Shown in pieces: positions 25,101 to 40,600 of a stretch of 64,000 bases of DNA; the first letter of the stretch is position 1; each line of letters starts with the position of its first letter. The stretch comes from the human T2T-CHM13v2.0 reference genome, Homo sapiens, in NCBI RefSeq assembly GCF_009914755.1, contig NC_060943.1. One strand, written 5' to 3'. A program made the position numbers and the translations under genes. Under the pieces are notes generated by a model. It saw nothing but the letters and a program-made list of their open reading frames with translations. It made no database searches and was not told the DNA's origin.

Positions 25101-28100
25101 CTGCTAGACAGAAGAATTCTCAGTAACTTCCTTGTGTTGTGTGTATTCAACTCACAGAGTTGAACGATCCTTTACACAGAGCAGACTTGAAACACTCTTT
25201 TTGTGGAATTTGCAAGTGGAGATTTCAGCCGCTTTGAGGTCAATGGTAGAATAGGAAATATCTTCCTATAGAAACTAGACAGAATGATTCTCAGAAACTC
25301 CTTTGTGATGTGTGCATTCAACTCACAGAGTTTAACCTTTCTTTTCATAGAGCAGTTAGGAAACACTCTGTTTGTAAAGTCTGCAAGTGGATATTCAGAC
25401 CTCTTTGAGGCCTTCGTTGGAAACGGGATTTCTTCATATTATGCTAGAAAGAAGAATTCTCAGTAACTTCCTTGTGTTGTGTGTATTCAACTCACAGAGT
25501 TGAACGATCCTTTACACAGAGCAGACTTGAAACACTCTTTTTGTGGAATTTGCAATTGGAGATTTCAGCCCCTTTGAGGTCAATGGTAGAATAGGAAATA
25601 TCTTCCTATAGAAACTAGACAGAATGATACTCAGAAACTCCTTTGTGATGTGTGCGTTCAACTCACAGAATTTAACCTTTCTTTTCATAGAGCAGTTAGG
25701 AAACACTGTGTTTTTATAGTCTGCAAGTGGATATTCAGACGTCTTTGAGGCCTTCGTTGGAAACGGGATTTCTTCATATTCTGCTAGAAAGAAGAATTCT
25801 CAGGAACTTCGTTGTGTTGTGTGTTTTCAACTCACAGAGTTCAACGATCCTTTACACAGAGTAGATTTGAAACACTCTTTTTGTGGAATTGGCAGGGTGG
25901 AGATTTCAGCCGCTTTGAGGTCAATTGTAGAAAAGGAAATATCTTCGTATAAAAACTAGACAGAGTGATTCTCAGAAACTCCTTTGTGATGTCTGCGTTC
26001 AACTCACAGAGCTTAACCTTTCTTTTCATAGAGCAGTTAAGAAACACTCTGTTTGTAAAGTCTGCAAGTGGATATTCAGACCTCCTTGAGGCCTTCGTTG
26101 GAAACGGGATTTCTTCATATTCTGCTATACAGAAGAATTCTCAGAAACTTCCTTGTGTTGTGTGTTTTCAACTCACAGAGTTCAACGATCCTTTACACAG
26201 AGTAGACTTGAAATACTCTTTTTGTGAAATTGGCAGGGTGGAGATTTCAGCCGCTTTGAGGTCAATGGTAGAAAAGGAAATATCTTCGTATAAAAACTAG
26301 ACAGAGTGATTCTCAGAAACTCCTTTGTGATGTCTGCGTTCAACTCACAGAGTTTAACCTTTCTTTTCATAGAGCAGTTAGGAAACACTCTGTTTGTAAA
26401 GTCTGCAAGTGGATATTCAGACCTCCTTGAGGCCTTCGTTGGAAACGGGATTTCTTCAAATTCTGCTATACAGAAGAATTCTCAGAAACTTGTTGTGTTG
26501 TGTGTATTCAACTCACAGAGTTGTACGATCGTTTACACAGAGCAGACTTGAGACACTCTTTTTGTGGAATTTGTAAGTGGAGATTTCAGCCGCTTTGAGG
26601 TCAATGGTAGAAAAGGAAATATCTTCATATAAAAACTAGACAGAATGATTCTCAGAAACTCCTTTGTGATGTGTGCGTTCAACTCACAGAGTTTAACCTT
26701 TCTTTTCATAGAGCAGTTAGGAAACACTCTGTTTGTAAAGTCTGCAAGTGGATATTCAGACCTCTATGAGGCCTTCGTTGGAAACGGGATTTCTTCATAT
26801 TATGCTAGACAGAAGAATTCTCAGTAACTTCCTGGTGTTGTGTGTATTCAACTCACAGAGTTGAACGATCCTTTACACAGAGAAGACTTGAAACACTCTT
26901 TTTGTGGAATTTGCAGGTGGAGATTTCAGCCGCTTTGAGTTCAATGGTAGAATAGGAAATATCTTCCTATAGAAACTAGACAGAATGATTCTCAGAAACT
27001 CCTTTGTGATGTGTGCGTTCAACTCACAGAGTTTAACCTTTCTTTTCATAGAGCAGTTAGGAAACACTCTGTTTGTAAAGTCTGCAAGTGGATATGCAGA
27101 CTTCTTTGAGGCCTTCGTTGGAAGCGGGATTGCTTCATATTCTGCAATACAGAAGAATTCTCAGTAACTTCCTTGTGTTGTGTGTATTCAACTCACAGAG
27201 TTGAACGATCCTTTACACAGAGCAGTCTTGAAACACTCTTTTTGTGGAATTTGCAAGTGGAGATTTCAGCCGCTTTGAGGTCAATGGTAGAATAGGAAAT
27301 ATCTTCCTATAGAAACTAGACAGAATGATTCTCAGAAACTCCTTTGTGATGTGTGCGTTCAACTCACAGAGTTTAACCTTTCTTTTCATAGAGCAGTTAG
27401 GAAACACTCTGTTTGTAAAGTCTGCAAGTGGATATTCAGACATTCTTGAGGCTTTCGTTGGAAACGGGATTTCTTCATATTCTGCTAGAAAGAAGAATTC
27501 TCAGTAACTTCCTTGTGTTGTGTGTATTCAACTCACAGAGTTGAATGATCCTTTACACAGAACAGTCTTGAAACACTCTTTTTGTGGAATTTGCAAGTGG
27601 AGATTTCAGCCGCATTGAGGTCAATGGTAGAATAGGAAATATCTTCCTATAGAAACTAGACAGAATGATTCTCAGAAACTCCTTTGTGATGTGTGCGTTC
27701 AACTCACAGAGTTTAACCTTTCCTTTCATAGAGCAGTTAGGAAACACTCTGTTTGTAAAGTCTGCAAGTGGATATTCAGACATCTTTGAGGCTTTCGTTG
27801 GAAACGGGATTTCTTCATATTCTGCTAGACAGAAGAATTCTCAGAAACTTCGTTGTGTTGTGTGTTTTCAACTCACAGAGTTCAACGATCCTTTACACAG
27901 AGTAGACTTGAAACACTCTTTTTGTGGAATTGGCAGGGTGGAGATTTCAGCCGCTTTGAGGTCAATGGTAGAAAAGGAAATATCTTCGTATAAAAACTAG
28001 ACAGAGTGATTCTCAGAAACTCCTTTGTGATGTCTGCGTTCAACTCACAGAGTTTAACCTTTCTTTTCATAGAGCAGTTAGGAAACACTCTGTTTGTAAA

Positions 28101-31100
28101 GTCTGCAAGTGGATATTCAGACCTCCTTGAGGCCTTCTTTGGAAACGGGATTTCTTCATATTCTGCTATACAGAAGAATTCTCAGAAACTTCCTTGTGTT
28201 GTGTGTATTCAACTCACAGAGTTGAACGATCATTTACACAGAGCAGACTTGAGACACTCTTTTTGTGGAATTTGTAAGTGGAGATTTCAGCCGCTTTGAG
28301 GTCAACGGTAGAAAAGGAAATATCTTCGTATAAAAACTAGACAGAATGATTCTCAGAAACTCCTTTGTGATGTGTGCGTTCAACTCACAGAGTTTAACCT
28401 TTCTTTTCATAGAGCAGTTAGGAAACACTCTGTTTGTAAAGTCTGCAAGTGTATATTCAGACCTCCTTGAGGCCTTCGTTGGAAACGGGATTTCTTCATA
28501 TTCTGCTAGACAGAAGAATTCTCAGTAACTTCCTTGTGTTGTGTGTATTCAACTCACAGAGTTGAACGATCCTTTACACAGAGCAGACTTGAAACACTCT
28601 TTTTATGGAATTTGCAAGTGGAGATTTCAGCCGCTTTGAGGTCAATGGTAGAAAAGGAAATATCTTCGTATAAAAACTAGACAGAATGATTCTCAGAAAC
28701 TCCTTTGTGATGTGTGCGTTCAACTCACAGAGTTTAACCTTTCTTTTCATAGAGCCGTTAGGAAACACTCTGTTTGTAAAGTCTGCAAGTGGATATTCAG
28801 ACCTCCTTGACGCCTTCGTTGGAAACGGGATTTCTTCCTATTATGCTAGACAGAAGAATTCTCAGTAACTTCCTTGTGTTGTGTGTATTCAACTCACAGA
28901 GTTGAATGATCCTTTACACAGAGCAGACTTGAAACACTCTTTTTGTGGAATTTGCAAGTGGAGATTTCAGCCGCTTTGAGGTCAATGGTAGAATAGGAAA
29001 TATCTTCCTATAGAAACTAGACAGAATGATTCTCAGAAACTCCTTTGTGATGTGTGCGTTCAACTCACAGAGTTTAACCTTTCTTTTCATAGAGCAGTTA
29101 GGAAACACTCTGTTTGTAAAGTCTGCAAGTGGATATTCAGACCTCCTTGAGGCCTTCGTTGGAAACGGGATTTCTTCCTATTATGCTAGACAGAAGAATT
29201 CTCAGTAACTTCCTTGTGTTGTGTGTATTCAACTCACAGAGTTGAACGATCCTTTACACAGAGCAGACTTGAAACACTCTTTTTGTGGAATTTGCAAGTG
29301 GAGATTTCAGCCGCTTTGTGTTCAATGGTAGAATAGGAAATATCTTCCTATAGAAACTAGACAGAATGATTCTCAGAAACTCCTTTGTGATGTGTGCGTT
29401 CAACTCACAGAGTTCAACCTTTCTTTTCATAGAGCAGTTGGGAAACACTCTGTTTGTAAAGTCTGCAAGTGGATATTCAGACTTCTTTGAGGCCTTCGTT
29501 GGAAGCGGGATTTCTTCATATTCTGCTATACAGAAGAATTCTCAGTAACTTCCTTGTGTTGTGTGTATTCAACTCACAGAGTTGAACGATCCTTTACACA
29601 GAGCAGACTTGAAACACTCTTTTTGTGGAATTTGCAAGTGGAGATTTCAGCCTCTTTGTGGTCAATGGTAGAATAGGAAATATCTTCCTATAGAAACTAG
29701 ACAGAATGATTCTCAGAAACTCCTTTGTGATGTGTGCGTTCAACTCACAGATTTTAACGTTTCTTTTCATAGAGCAGTTAGGAAACACTCTGTTTGTAAA
29801 GTCTGCAAGTGGATATTCAGACATCTTTGAGGCCTTCGTTGGAAACGGGATTTCTTCATGTTCTGCTAGACAGAAGAATTCTCAGAAACTTCCTTGTGTT
29901 GTGTGTTTTCAACTCACAGAGTTGAACGATGCTTTACACAGAGTAGACTTGAAACACTCTTTTTGTGTAATTTGCAAGTGGAGATTTCAGCCGCTTTGAG
30001 GTCAATGCTAGAAAAGGAAATATCTTCGTATAAAAACTAGACAGAATGATTCTCAGAAACTCCTTTGTGATGTGTGCGTTCAACTCACAGAGTTTAACCT
30101 TTCTTTTCATAGAGCAGTTAGGAAACACTCTGTTTGTAAAGTCTGCAAGTGGATATTCAGACCTCTTTGAGGCCTTCGTTGGAAACGGGATTTCTTCATA
30201 TTCTGCTAGAGAGAAGAATTCTCAGTAACTTCATTGTGTTGTGTGTATTCAACTCACAGATTTCAACGATCCTTTACACAGAGCAGACTTGAAACACTCT
30301 TTTTGTGGAATTTGCAAGTGGAGATTTCAGCCGCTTTGAGGTCAATGGTAGAATAGGAAATATCTTCCTATAGAAACTAGACAGAATGATTCTCAGAAAT
30401 TCCTTTGTGATGTGTGCGTTCAACTCACAGAGTTTAACCTTTCTTTTCATAGAGCAGTTAGGAAACACTCTGTTTGTAAAGTCTGCAAGTGGATATTCAG
30501 GCCTCCTTGAGGCCTTCGTTGGAAACGGGATTTCTTCCTATTATGCTAGACAGAAGAATTCTCAGTAACTTCCTTGTGTTGTGTGTATTCAACTCACAGA
30601 GTTGAATGATCCTTTACACAGAGCAGACTTGAAACACTCTTTTTGTGGAATTTGCAAGTGGAGATTTCAGCCGCTTTGAGTTCAATGGTAGAATAGGAAA
30701 TATCTTCCTATAGAAACTAGACAGAATGATTCTCAGAAACTCCTTTGTGATGTGTGCGTTCAACTCACAGAGTTTAACCTTTCTTTTCATAGAGCAGTTA
30801 GGAAACACTCTGTTTGTAAAGTCTGCAAGTGGATATTCAGACCTCCTTGAGGCCTTCGTTGGAAACGGGATTTCTTCTTATTATGCTAGACAGAAGAATT
30901 CTCAGTAACTTCCTTGTGTTGTGTGTATTCAACTCACAGAGTTGAACGATCCTTTACACAGAGCAGACTTGAAACACTCTTTTTGTGGAAATTGCAAGTG
31001 GAGATTTCAGCCGCTTTGAGGTCAATGGTAGAAAAGGAAATATCTTCGTATAAAAACTAGACAGAATGATTCTCAGAAACTCCTTTGTGATGTGTGCGTT

Positions 31101-31699
31101 CAACTCACAGAGTTTAACCTTTCTTTTCATAGAGCAGTTAGGAAACACTCTGTTTGTAAAGTCTGCAAGTGAATATTCAGACCTCCTTGAGGCCTTCGTT
31201 GGAAACGGGATTTCTTCATATTATGCTAGACAGAAGAATTCTCAGTAACTTCCTTGTGTTGTGTGTATTAAACTCACAGAGTTGAACGATCCTTTACACA
31301 GAGCAGACTTGAAACACTCTTTTTGTGGAATTTGCAAGTGGAGATTTCAGCCGCTTTGAGGTCAATGGTAGAATAGGAAATATCTTCCTATAGAAACTAG
31401 ACAGAATGATTCTCAGAAACTCCTTTGTGATGTGTGCGTTCAACTCACAGAGTTTAACCTTTCTTTTCATAGAGCAGTTAGGAAACACTCTGTTTGTAAC
31501 GTCTGCAAGTGGATATTCAGACCACCTTGAGGCCTTCGTTGGAAACGGGATTTCTTCCTATTATGCTAGACAGAAGAATTCTCAGTAACTTCCTTGTGTT
31601 GTGTGTATTCAACTCACAGAGTTGAATGATCCTTTACACAGAGCAGACTTGAAACACTCTTTTTGTGGAATTTGCAAGTGGAGATTTCAGCCGCTTTGA

Positions 31700-34600
31700 G
31701 TTCAATGGTAGGATAGGAAATATCTTCCTATAGAAACTAGACAGAATGATTCTCAGAAACTCCTTTGTGATGTGTGCGTTCAACTCACAGAGTTTAACCT
31801 TTCTTTTCATAGAGCAGTTAGGAAACACTCTGTTTGTTAAGTCTGCAAGTGGATATTCAGACCTCCTTGAGGCCTTCGTTGGAAACGGGATTTCTTCCTA
31901 TTATGCTAGACAGAAGAATTCTCAGTAACTTCCTTGTGTTGTGTGTATTCAACTCACAGAGTTGAACGATCCTTTACACAGAGCAGACTTGAAACACTCT
32001 TTTTGTGGAATTTGCAAGTGGAGATTTCAGCCGCTTTGAGTTCAATGGTAGAATAGGAAATATCTTCCTATAGAAACTAGACAGAATGATTCTCAGAAAC
32101 TCCTTTGTGATGTGTGCGTTCAACTCACAGAGTTCAACCTTTCTTTTCATAGAGCAGTTGGGAAACACTCTGATTGTAAAGTCTGCAAGTGGATATTCAG
32201 ACTTCTTTGAGGCCTTCGTTGGAAGCGGGATTTCTTCATATTCTGCTAGACAGAAGAATTCTCAGTAACTTCCTTGTGTTGTGTGTATTCAACTCACAGA
32301 GTTGAACGATCCTTTACACAGAGCAGACTTGAAACACTCTTTTTGTGGAATTTGCAAGTGGAGATTTCAGCCTCTTTGTGGTCAATGGTAGAATAGGAAA
32401 TATCTTCCTATAGAAACTAGACAGAATGATTCTCAGAAACTCCTTTGTGATGTGTGCGTTCAACTCACAGAGTTTAACCTTTCTTTTCATAGAGCAGTTA
32501 GGAAACACTCTGTTTGTAAAGTCTGCAAGTGGATATTCAGACATCTTTGAGGCCTTCGTTGGAAACGGGATTTCTTCATGTTCTGCTAGACACAAGAATT
32601 CTCAGAAACTTCCTTGTGTTGTGTGTTTTCAACTCACAGAGTTGAACGATGCTTTACACAGAGTAGACTTGAAACACTCTTTTTGTGTAATTTGCAAGTG
32701 GAGATTTCAGCCGCTTTGAGGTCAATGGTAGAAAAGGAAATATCTTCGTATAAAAACTAGACAGAATGATTCTCAGAAACTCCTTTGTGATGTGTGCGTT
32801 CAACTCACAGAGTTTAACCTTTCTTTTCATAGAGCAGTTAGGAAACACTCTCTTTGTAAAGTCTGCAAGTGGATATTCAGACCTCTTTGAGGCCTTTGTT
32901 GGAAACGGGATTTCTTCATATTATGCTAGACAGAAGAATTCTCAGTAACTTCCTTGTGTTGTGTGTATTCAACTCACAGAGTTGAACGATCCTTTACACA
33001 GAGCAGACTTGAAACACTCTTTTTGTGGAAATTGCAAGTGGAGATTTCAGCCGCTTTGAAGTCAATGGTAGAAAAGGAAATATCTTCGTATAAAAACTAG
33101 ACAGAATGATTCTCAGAAACTCCTTTGTGATGTGTGCGTTCAACTCACAGAGTTTAACCTTTCTTTTCATAGAGCAGTTAGGAAACACTCTGTTTGTAAA
33201 GTCTGCAAGTGGATATTCAGACCTCCTTGAGGCCTTCGTTGGAAACGGGATTTCTTCATATTATGCTAGACAGAAGAATTCTCAGTAACTTCCTTGTGTT
33301 GTGTGTATTCAACTCACAGAGTTGAACGATCCTTTACACAGAGCAGACTTGAAACACTCTTTTTGTGGAATTTGCAAGTGGAGATTTCCGCCGCTTTGAG
33401 GTCAATGGTAGAATAGGAAATATCTTCCTATAGAAACTAGACATAATGATTCTGAGAAACTCCTTTGTGATGTGTGCGTTCAACTCACACAGTTTAACCT
33501 TTCTTTTCATAGAGCAGTTAGGAAACACTCTGTTTGTAAAGTCTGCAAGTGGATATTCAGACCTCCTTGAGGCCTTCGTTGGAAACGGGATTTGTTCATA
33601 TTATGCTAGACAGAAGAATTCTCAGTAACTTCCTTGTGTTGTGTGTATTCAACTCACAGAGTTTAACGATCCTTTACACAGAGCAGACTTGAAACACTCT
33701 TTTTGTGGAATTTGCAAGTGGAGATTTCAGCCGCTTTGAGTTCAATGGTAGAATAGGAAATATCTTCCTATAGAAACTAGACAGAATGATTCTCAGAAAC
33801 TCCTTTGTGATGTGTGCGTTCAACTCACAGAGTTCATCCTTTCTTTTCATAGAGCAGTTGGGAAACACTCTGTTTGTAAAGTCTGCAAGTGGATATTCAG
33901 ACTTCTTTGAGTCCTTCGTTGGAAGCGGGATTTCTTCATATTCTGCTAGACAGAAGAATTCTCAGTAACTTCCTTGTGTTGTGTGTATTCAACTCACAGA
34001 GTTGAACGATCCTTTACACAGAGCAGACTTGAAACACTCTTTTTGTGGAATTTGCAAGTGGAGATTTCAGCCGCTTTGAGGTCAATGGTAAAATAGGAAA
34101 TATCTTCCTATAGAAACTAGCCAGAATGATTCTCAGAAACTCCTTTGTGATGTGTGCGTTCAACTCACAGAGTTTAACCTTTCTTTTCATAGAGCAGTTG
34201 GGAAACACTCTGTTTGTAAAGTCTGCAAGTGGATATTCAGACATCCTTGAGGCTTTCGTTGGAAACAGGATTTCTTCATATTCTGCTAGAAAGAAGAATT
34301 CTCAGTAACTTCCTTGTGTTGTGTGTATTCAACTCACAGAGTTGAACGATCCTTTACACAGAGCAGACTTGAAACACTCTTTTTGTGGAATTTGCAAGTG
34401 GAGATTTCAGCCGCTTTGAGGTCAATGGTAGAATAGGAAATATCTTCCTATAGAAACTAGACAGAATGATTCTCAGAAACTCCTTTGTGATGTGTGCGTT
34501 CAACTCACAGAGCTTAACCTTTCTTTTCATAGAGCAGTTACGAAACACTCTGTTTGTAAAGTCTGCAAGTGGATATTCAGACACCTTTGAGGCCTTCGTT

Positions 34601-37600
34601 GGAAACGGGATTTCTTCATGTTCTGCTAGACACAAGAATTCTCAGAAACTTCCTTGTGTTGTGTGTTTTCAACTCACAGAGTTGAACGATGCTTTACACA
34701 GAATAGACTTGAAACACTCTTTTTGTGTAATTTGCAAGTGGAGATTTCAGCCGCTTTGAAGTCAATGGTAGAAAAGGAAATATCTTCGTATAAAAACTAG
34801 ACAGAATGATTCTCAGAAACTCCTTTGTGATGTGTGCGTTCAACTCACAGAGTTTAACCTTTCTATTCATAGAGCAGTTAGGAAACACTCTGTTTGTAAA
34901 GTCTGCAAGTGGATATTCAGACCTCCTTGAGGCCTTCGTTGGAAACGGGATTTCTTCATATTATGCTAGACAGAAGAATTCTCAGTAAATTCCTTGTGTT
35001 GTGTGTATTCAACTCACAGAGTTGAACGATCCTTTACACAGAGCAGACTTGAAACACTCTTTTTGTGGAATTTGCAAGTGGAGATTTCAGCCGCTTTGAG
35101 GTCAATGGTAGAATAGGAAATATCTTCCTATAGAAACTAGACACAATGATTCTGAGAAACTCCTTTGTGATGTGTGCGTTCAACTCACACAGTTTAACCT
35201 TTCTTTTCATAGAGCAGTTAGGAAACACTCTGTTTGTAAAGTCTGCAAGTGGATATTCAGACCTCCTTGAGGCCTTCGTTGGAAACGGGATTTCTTCATA
35301 TTATGCTAGACAGAAGAATTCTCAGTAACTTCCTTGTGTTGTGTGTATTCAACTCACAGAGTTGAACGATCCTTTACACAGAGCAGACTTGAAACACTCT
35401 TTTTGTGGAATTTGCAAGTGGAGATTTCAGCCGCTTTGAGTTCAATGGTAGAATAGGAAATATCTTCCTATAGAAACTAGACAGAATGATTCTCAGAAAC
35501 TCCTTTGTGATGTGTGCGTTCAACTCACAGAGTTCAACCTTTCTTTTCATAGAGCAGTTGGGAAACACTCTGTTTGTAAAGTCTGCAAGTGGATATTCAG
35601 ACTTCTTTGAGTCCTTCGTTGGAAGCGGGATTTCTTCGTATTCTGCTAGACAGAAGAATTCTCAGTAACTTCCTTGTGTTGTGTGTATTCAACTCACAGA
35701 GTTGAACGATCCTTTACACAGAGCAGACTTGAAACACTCTTTTTGTGGAATTTGCAAGTGGAGATTTCAGCCGCTTTGAGGTCAATGGTAAAATAGGAAA
35801 TATCTTCCTATAGAAACTAGCCAGAATGATTCTCAGAAACTCCTTTGTGATGTGTGCGTTCAACTCACAGAGTTTAACCTTTCTTTTCATAGAGCAGTTG
35901 GGAAACACTCTGTTTGTAAAGTCTGCATGTGGATATTCAGACATCCTTGAGGCTTTCGTTGGAAACGGGATTTCTTCATATTCTGCTAGAAAGAAGAATT
36001 CTCAGTAACTTCCTTGTGTTGTGTGTATTCAACTCACAGAGTTGAACGATCCTTTACACAGAGCAGACTTGAAACACTCTTTTTGTGGAATTTGCAAGTG
36101 GAGATTTCAGCCGCTTTGAGGTCAATGGTAGAATAGGAAATATCTTCCTATAGAAACTAGACAGAATGATTCTCAGAAACTCCTTTGTGATGTGTGCGTT
36201 CAACTCACAGAGTTTAACCTTTCTTTTCATAGAGCAGTTAGGAAACACTCTGTTTGTAAAGTCTGCAAGTGGATATTCAGACATCTTTGAGGCCTTCATT
36301 GGAAACGGGATTTCTTCATGTTCTGGTAGACACAAGAATTCTCAGAAACTTCCTTGTGTTGTGTGTTTTCAACTCACAGAGTTGAACGATGCTTTACACA
36401 GAGTAGACTTGAAACACTCTTTTTGTGTAATTTGCAAGTGGAGATTTCAGCCGCTTTGAAGTCAATGGTAGAAAAGGAAATATCTTCGTATAAAAACTAG
36501 ACAGAATGATTCTCAGAAACTCCTTTGTGATGTGTGCATTCAACTCACAGAGTTTAACCTTTCTTTTCATAGAGCAGTTAGGAAACACTCTGTTTGTAAA
36601 GTCTGCAAGTGGATATTCAGACCTCTTTGAGGCCTTCGTTGGAAATGGGATTTCTTCATATTCTGCTAGAGAGAAGAATTCTCAGTAACTTCATTGTGTT
36701 GTGTGTATTCAACTCACAGATTTCAACGATCCTTTACACAGAGCAGACTTGAAACACTCTTTTTCTGGAATTTGCAAGTGGAGATTTCAGCCGCTTTGAG
36801 GTCAATGGTAGGATAGGAAATATCTTCCTATAGAAACTAGACAGAATGATTCTCAGAAACTCCTTTGTGATGTGTGCGTTCAACTCACAGAGTTTAACCT
36901 TTCTTTTCATAGAGCAGTTAGGAAACACTCTGTTTGTTAAGTCTGCAAGTGGATATTCAGACCTCCTTGAGGCCTTCGTTGGAAACGGGATTTCTTCCTA
37001 TTATGCTAGACAGAAGAATTCTCAGTAACTTCCTTGTGTTGTGTGTATTCAACTCACAGAGTTGAACGATCCTTTACACAGAGCAGACTTGAAACACTCT
37101 TTTTGTGGAATTTGCAAGTGGAGATTTCAGCCGCTTTGAGTTCAATGGTAGAATAGGAAATATCTTCCTATAGAAACTAGACAGAATGATTCTCAGAAAC
37201 TCCTTTGTGATGTGTGCGTTCAACTCACAGAGTTCAACCTTTCTTTTCATAGAGCAGTGGGGAAACACTCTGATTGTAAAGTCTGCAAGTGGATATTCAG
37301 ACTTCTTTGAGGCCTTCGTTGGAAGCGGGATTTCTTCATATTCTGCTAGACAGAAGAATTCTCAGTAACTTCCTTGTGTTGTGTGTATTCAACTCACAGA
37401 GTTGAACGATCCTTTACACAGAGCAGACTTGAAACACTCTTTTTGTGGAATTTGCAAGTGGAGATTTCAGCCTCTTTGTGGTCAATGGTAGAATAGGAAA
37501 TATCTTCCTATAGAAACTAGACAGAATGATTCTCAGAAACTCCTTTGTGATGTGTGCGTTCAACTCACAGAGTTTAACCTTTCTTTTCATAGAGCAGTTA

Positions 37601-40600
37601 GGAAACACTCTGTTTGTAAAGTCTGCAAGTGGATATTCAGACATCTTTGAGGCCTTCGTTGGAAACGGGATTTCTTCATGTTCTGCTAGACACAAGAATT
37701 CTCAGAAACTTCCTTGTGTTGTGTGTTTTCAACTCACAGAGTTGAACGATGCTTTACACAGAGTAGACTTGAAACACTCTTTTTGTGTAATTTGCAAGTG
37801 GAGATTTCAGCCGCTTTGAGGTCAATGGTAGAAAAGGAAATATCTTCGTATAAAAACTAGACAGAATGATTCTCAGAAACTCCTTTGTGATGTGTGCGTT
37901 CAACTCACAGAGTTTAACCTTTCTTTTCATAGAGCAGTTAGGAAACACTCTCTTTGTAAAGTCTGCAAGTGGATATTCAGACCTCTTTGAGGCCTTTGTT
38001 GGAAACGGGATTTCTTCATATTATGCTAGACAGAAGAATTCTCAGTAACTTCCTTGTGTTGTGTGTATTCAACTCACAGAGTTGAACGATCCTTTACACA
38101 GAGCAGACTTGAAACACTCTTTTTGTGGAAATTGCAAGTGGAGATTTCAGCCGCTTTGAAGTCAATGGTAGAAAAGGAAATATCTTCGTATAAAAACTAG
38201 ACAGAATGATTCTCAGAAACTCCTTTGTGATGTGTGCGTTCAACTCACAGAGTTTAACCTTTCTTTTCATAGAGCAGTTAGGAAACACTCTGTTTGTAAA
38301 GTCTGCAAGTGGATATTCAGACCTCCTTGAGGCCTTCGTTGGAAACGGGATTTCTTCATATTATGCTAGACAGAAGAATTCTCAGTAACTTCCTTGTGTT
38401 GTGTGTATTCAACTCACAGAGTTGAACGATCCTTTACACAGAGCAGACTTGAAACACTCTTTTTGTGGAATTTGCAAGTGGAGATTTCAGCCGCTTTGAG
38501 GTCAATGGTAGAATAGGAAATATCTTCCTATAGAAACTAGACATAATGATTCTGAGAAACTCCTTTGTGATGTGTGCGTTCAACTCACACAGTTTAACCT
38601 TTCTTTTAATAGAGCAGTTAGGAAACACTCTGTTTGTAAAGTCTGCAAGTGGATATTCAGACCTCCTTGAGGCCTTCGTAGGAAACGGGATTTGTTCATA
38701 TTATGCTAGACAGAAGAATTCTCAGTAACTTCCTTGTGTTGTGTGTATTCAACTCACAGAGTTTAACGATCCTTTACACAGAGCAGACTTGAAACACTGT
38801 TTTTGTGGAATTTGCAAGTGGAGATTTCAGCCGCTTTGAGGTCAATGGTAGAATAGGAAATATCTTCCTATAGAAACTAGACAGAATGATTCTCAGAAAC
38901 TCCTTTGTGATGTGTGCGTTCAACTCACAGAGTTCAACCTTTCTTTTCATAGAGCAGTTGGGAAACACTCTGTTTGTAAAGTCTGCAAGTGGATATTCAG
39001 ACTTCTTTGAGTCCTTCGTTGGAAGCGGGATTTCTTCATATTCTGCTAGACAGAAGAATTCTCAGTAATTTCCTTGTGTTGTGTGTATTCAACTCACAGA
39101 GTTGAACGATCCTTTACACAGAGCAGACTTGAAACACTCTTTTTGTGGAATTTGCAAGTGGAGATTTCAGTCGCTTTGAGGTCAATGGTAAAATAGGAAA
39201 TATCTTCCTATAGAAACTAGCCAGAATGATTCTCAGAAACTCCTTTGTGATGTGTGCGTTCAACTCACAGAGTTTAACCTTTCTTTTCATAGAGCAGTTG
39301 GGAAACACTCTGTTTGTAAAGTCTGCAAGTGGATATTCAGACATCCTTGAGGCTTTCGTTGGAAACAGGATTTCTTCATATTCTGCTAGAAAGAAGAATT
39401 CTCAGTAACTTCCTTGTGTTGTGTGTATTCAACTCACAGAGTTGAACGATCCTTTACACAGAGCAGACTTGAAACACTCTTTTTGTGGAATTTGCAAGTG
39501 GAGATTTCAGCCGCTTTGAGGTCAATGGTAGAATAGGAAATATCTTCCTATAGAAACTAGACAGAATGATTCTCAGAAAATCCTTTGTGATGTGTGCGTT
39601 CAACTCACAGAGCTTAACCTTTCTTTTCATAGAGCAGTTAGGAAACACTCTGTTTGTAAAGTCTGCAAGTGGATATTCAGACACCTTTGAGGCCTTCGTT
39701 GGAAACGGGATTTCTTCATGTTCTGCTAGACACAAGAATTCTCAGAAACTTCCTTGTGTTGTGTGTTTTCAACTCACAGAGTTGAACGATGCTTTACACA
39801 GAGTAGACTTGAAACACTCTTTTTGTGTAATTTGCAAGTGGAGATTTCAGCCGCTTTGAAGTCAATGGTAGAAAAGGAAATATCTTCGTAGAAAAACTAG
39901 ACAGAATGATTCTCAGAAACTCCTTTGTGATGTGTGCGTTCAACTCACAGAGTTTAACCTTTCTTTTCATAGAGCAGTTAGGAAACACTCTGTTTGTAAA
40001 GTCTGCAAGTGGATATTCAGACCTCCTTGAGGCCTTCGTTGGAAACGGGATTTCTTCATATTATGCTAGACAGAAGAATTCTCAGTAAATTCCTTGTGTT
40101 GTGTGTATTCAACTCACAGAGTTGAACGATCCTTTACACAGAGCAGAGTTGAAACACTCTTTTTGTGGAATTTGCAAGTGGAGATTTCAGCCGCTTTGAG
40201 GTCAATGGTAGAATAGGAAATATCTTCCTATAGAAACTAGACACAATGATTCTGAGAAACTCCTTTGTGATGTGTGCGTTCAACTCACACAGTTTAACCT
40301 TTCTTTTCATAGAGCAGTTAGGAAACACTCTGTTTGTAAAGTCTGCAAGTGGATATTCAGACCTCCTTGAGGCCTTCGTTGGAAACGGGATTTCTTCATA
40401 TTATGCTAGACAGAAGAATTCTCAGTAACTTCCTTGTGTTGTGTGTATTCAACTCACAGAGTTGAACGATCCTTTACACAGAGCAGACTTGAAACACTCT
40501 TTTTCTGGAATTTGCAAGTGGAGATTTCAGCCGCTTTGAGGTCAATGGTAGGATAGGAAATATCTTCCTATAGAAACTAGACAGAATGATTCTCAGAAAC

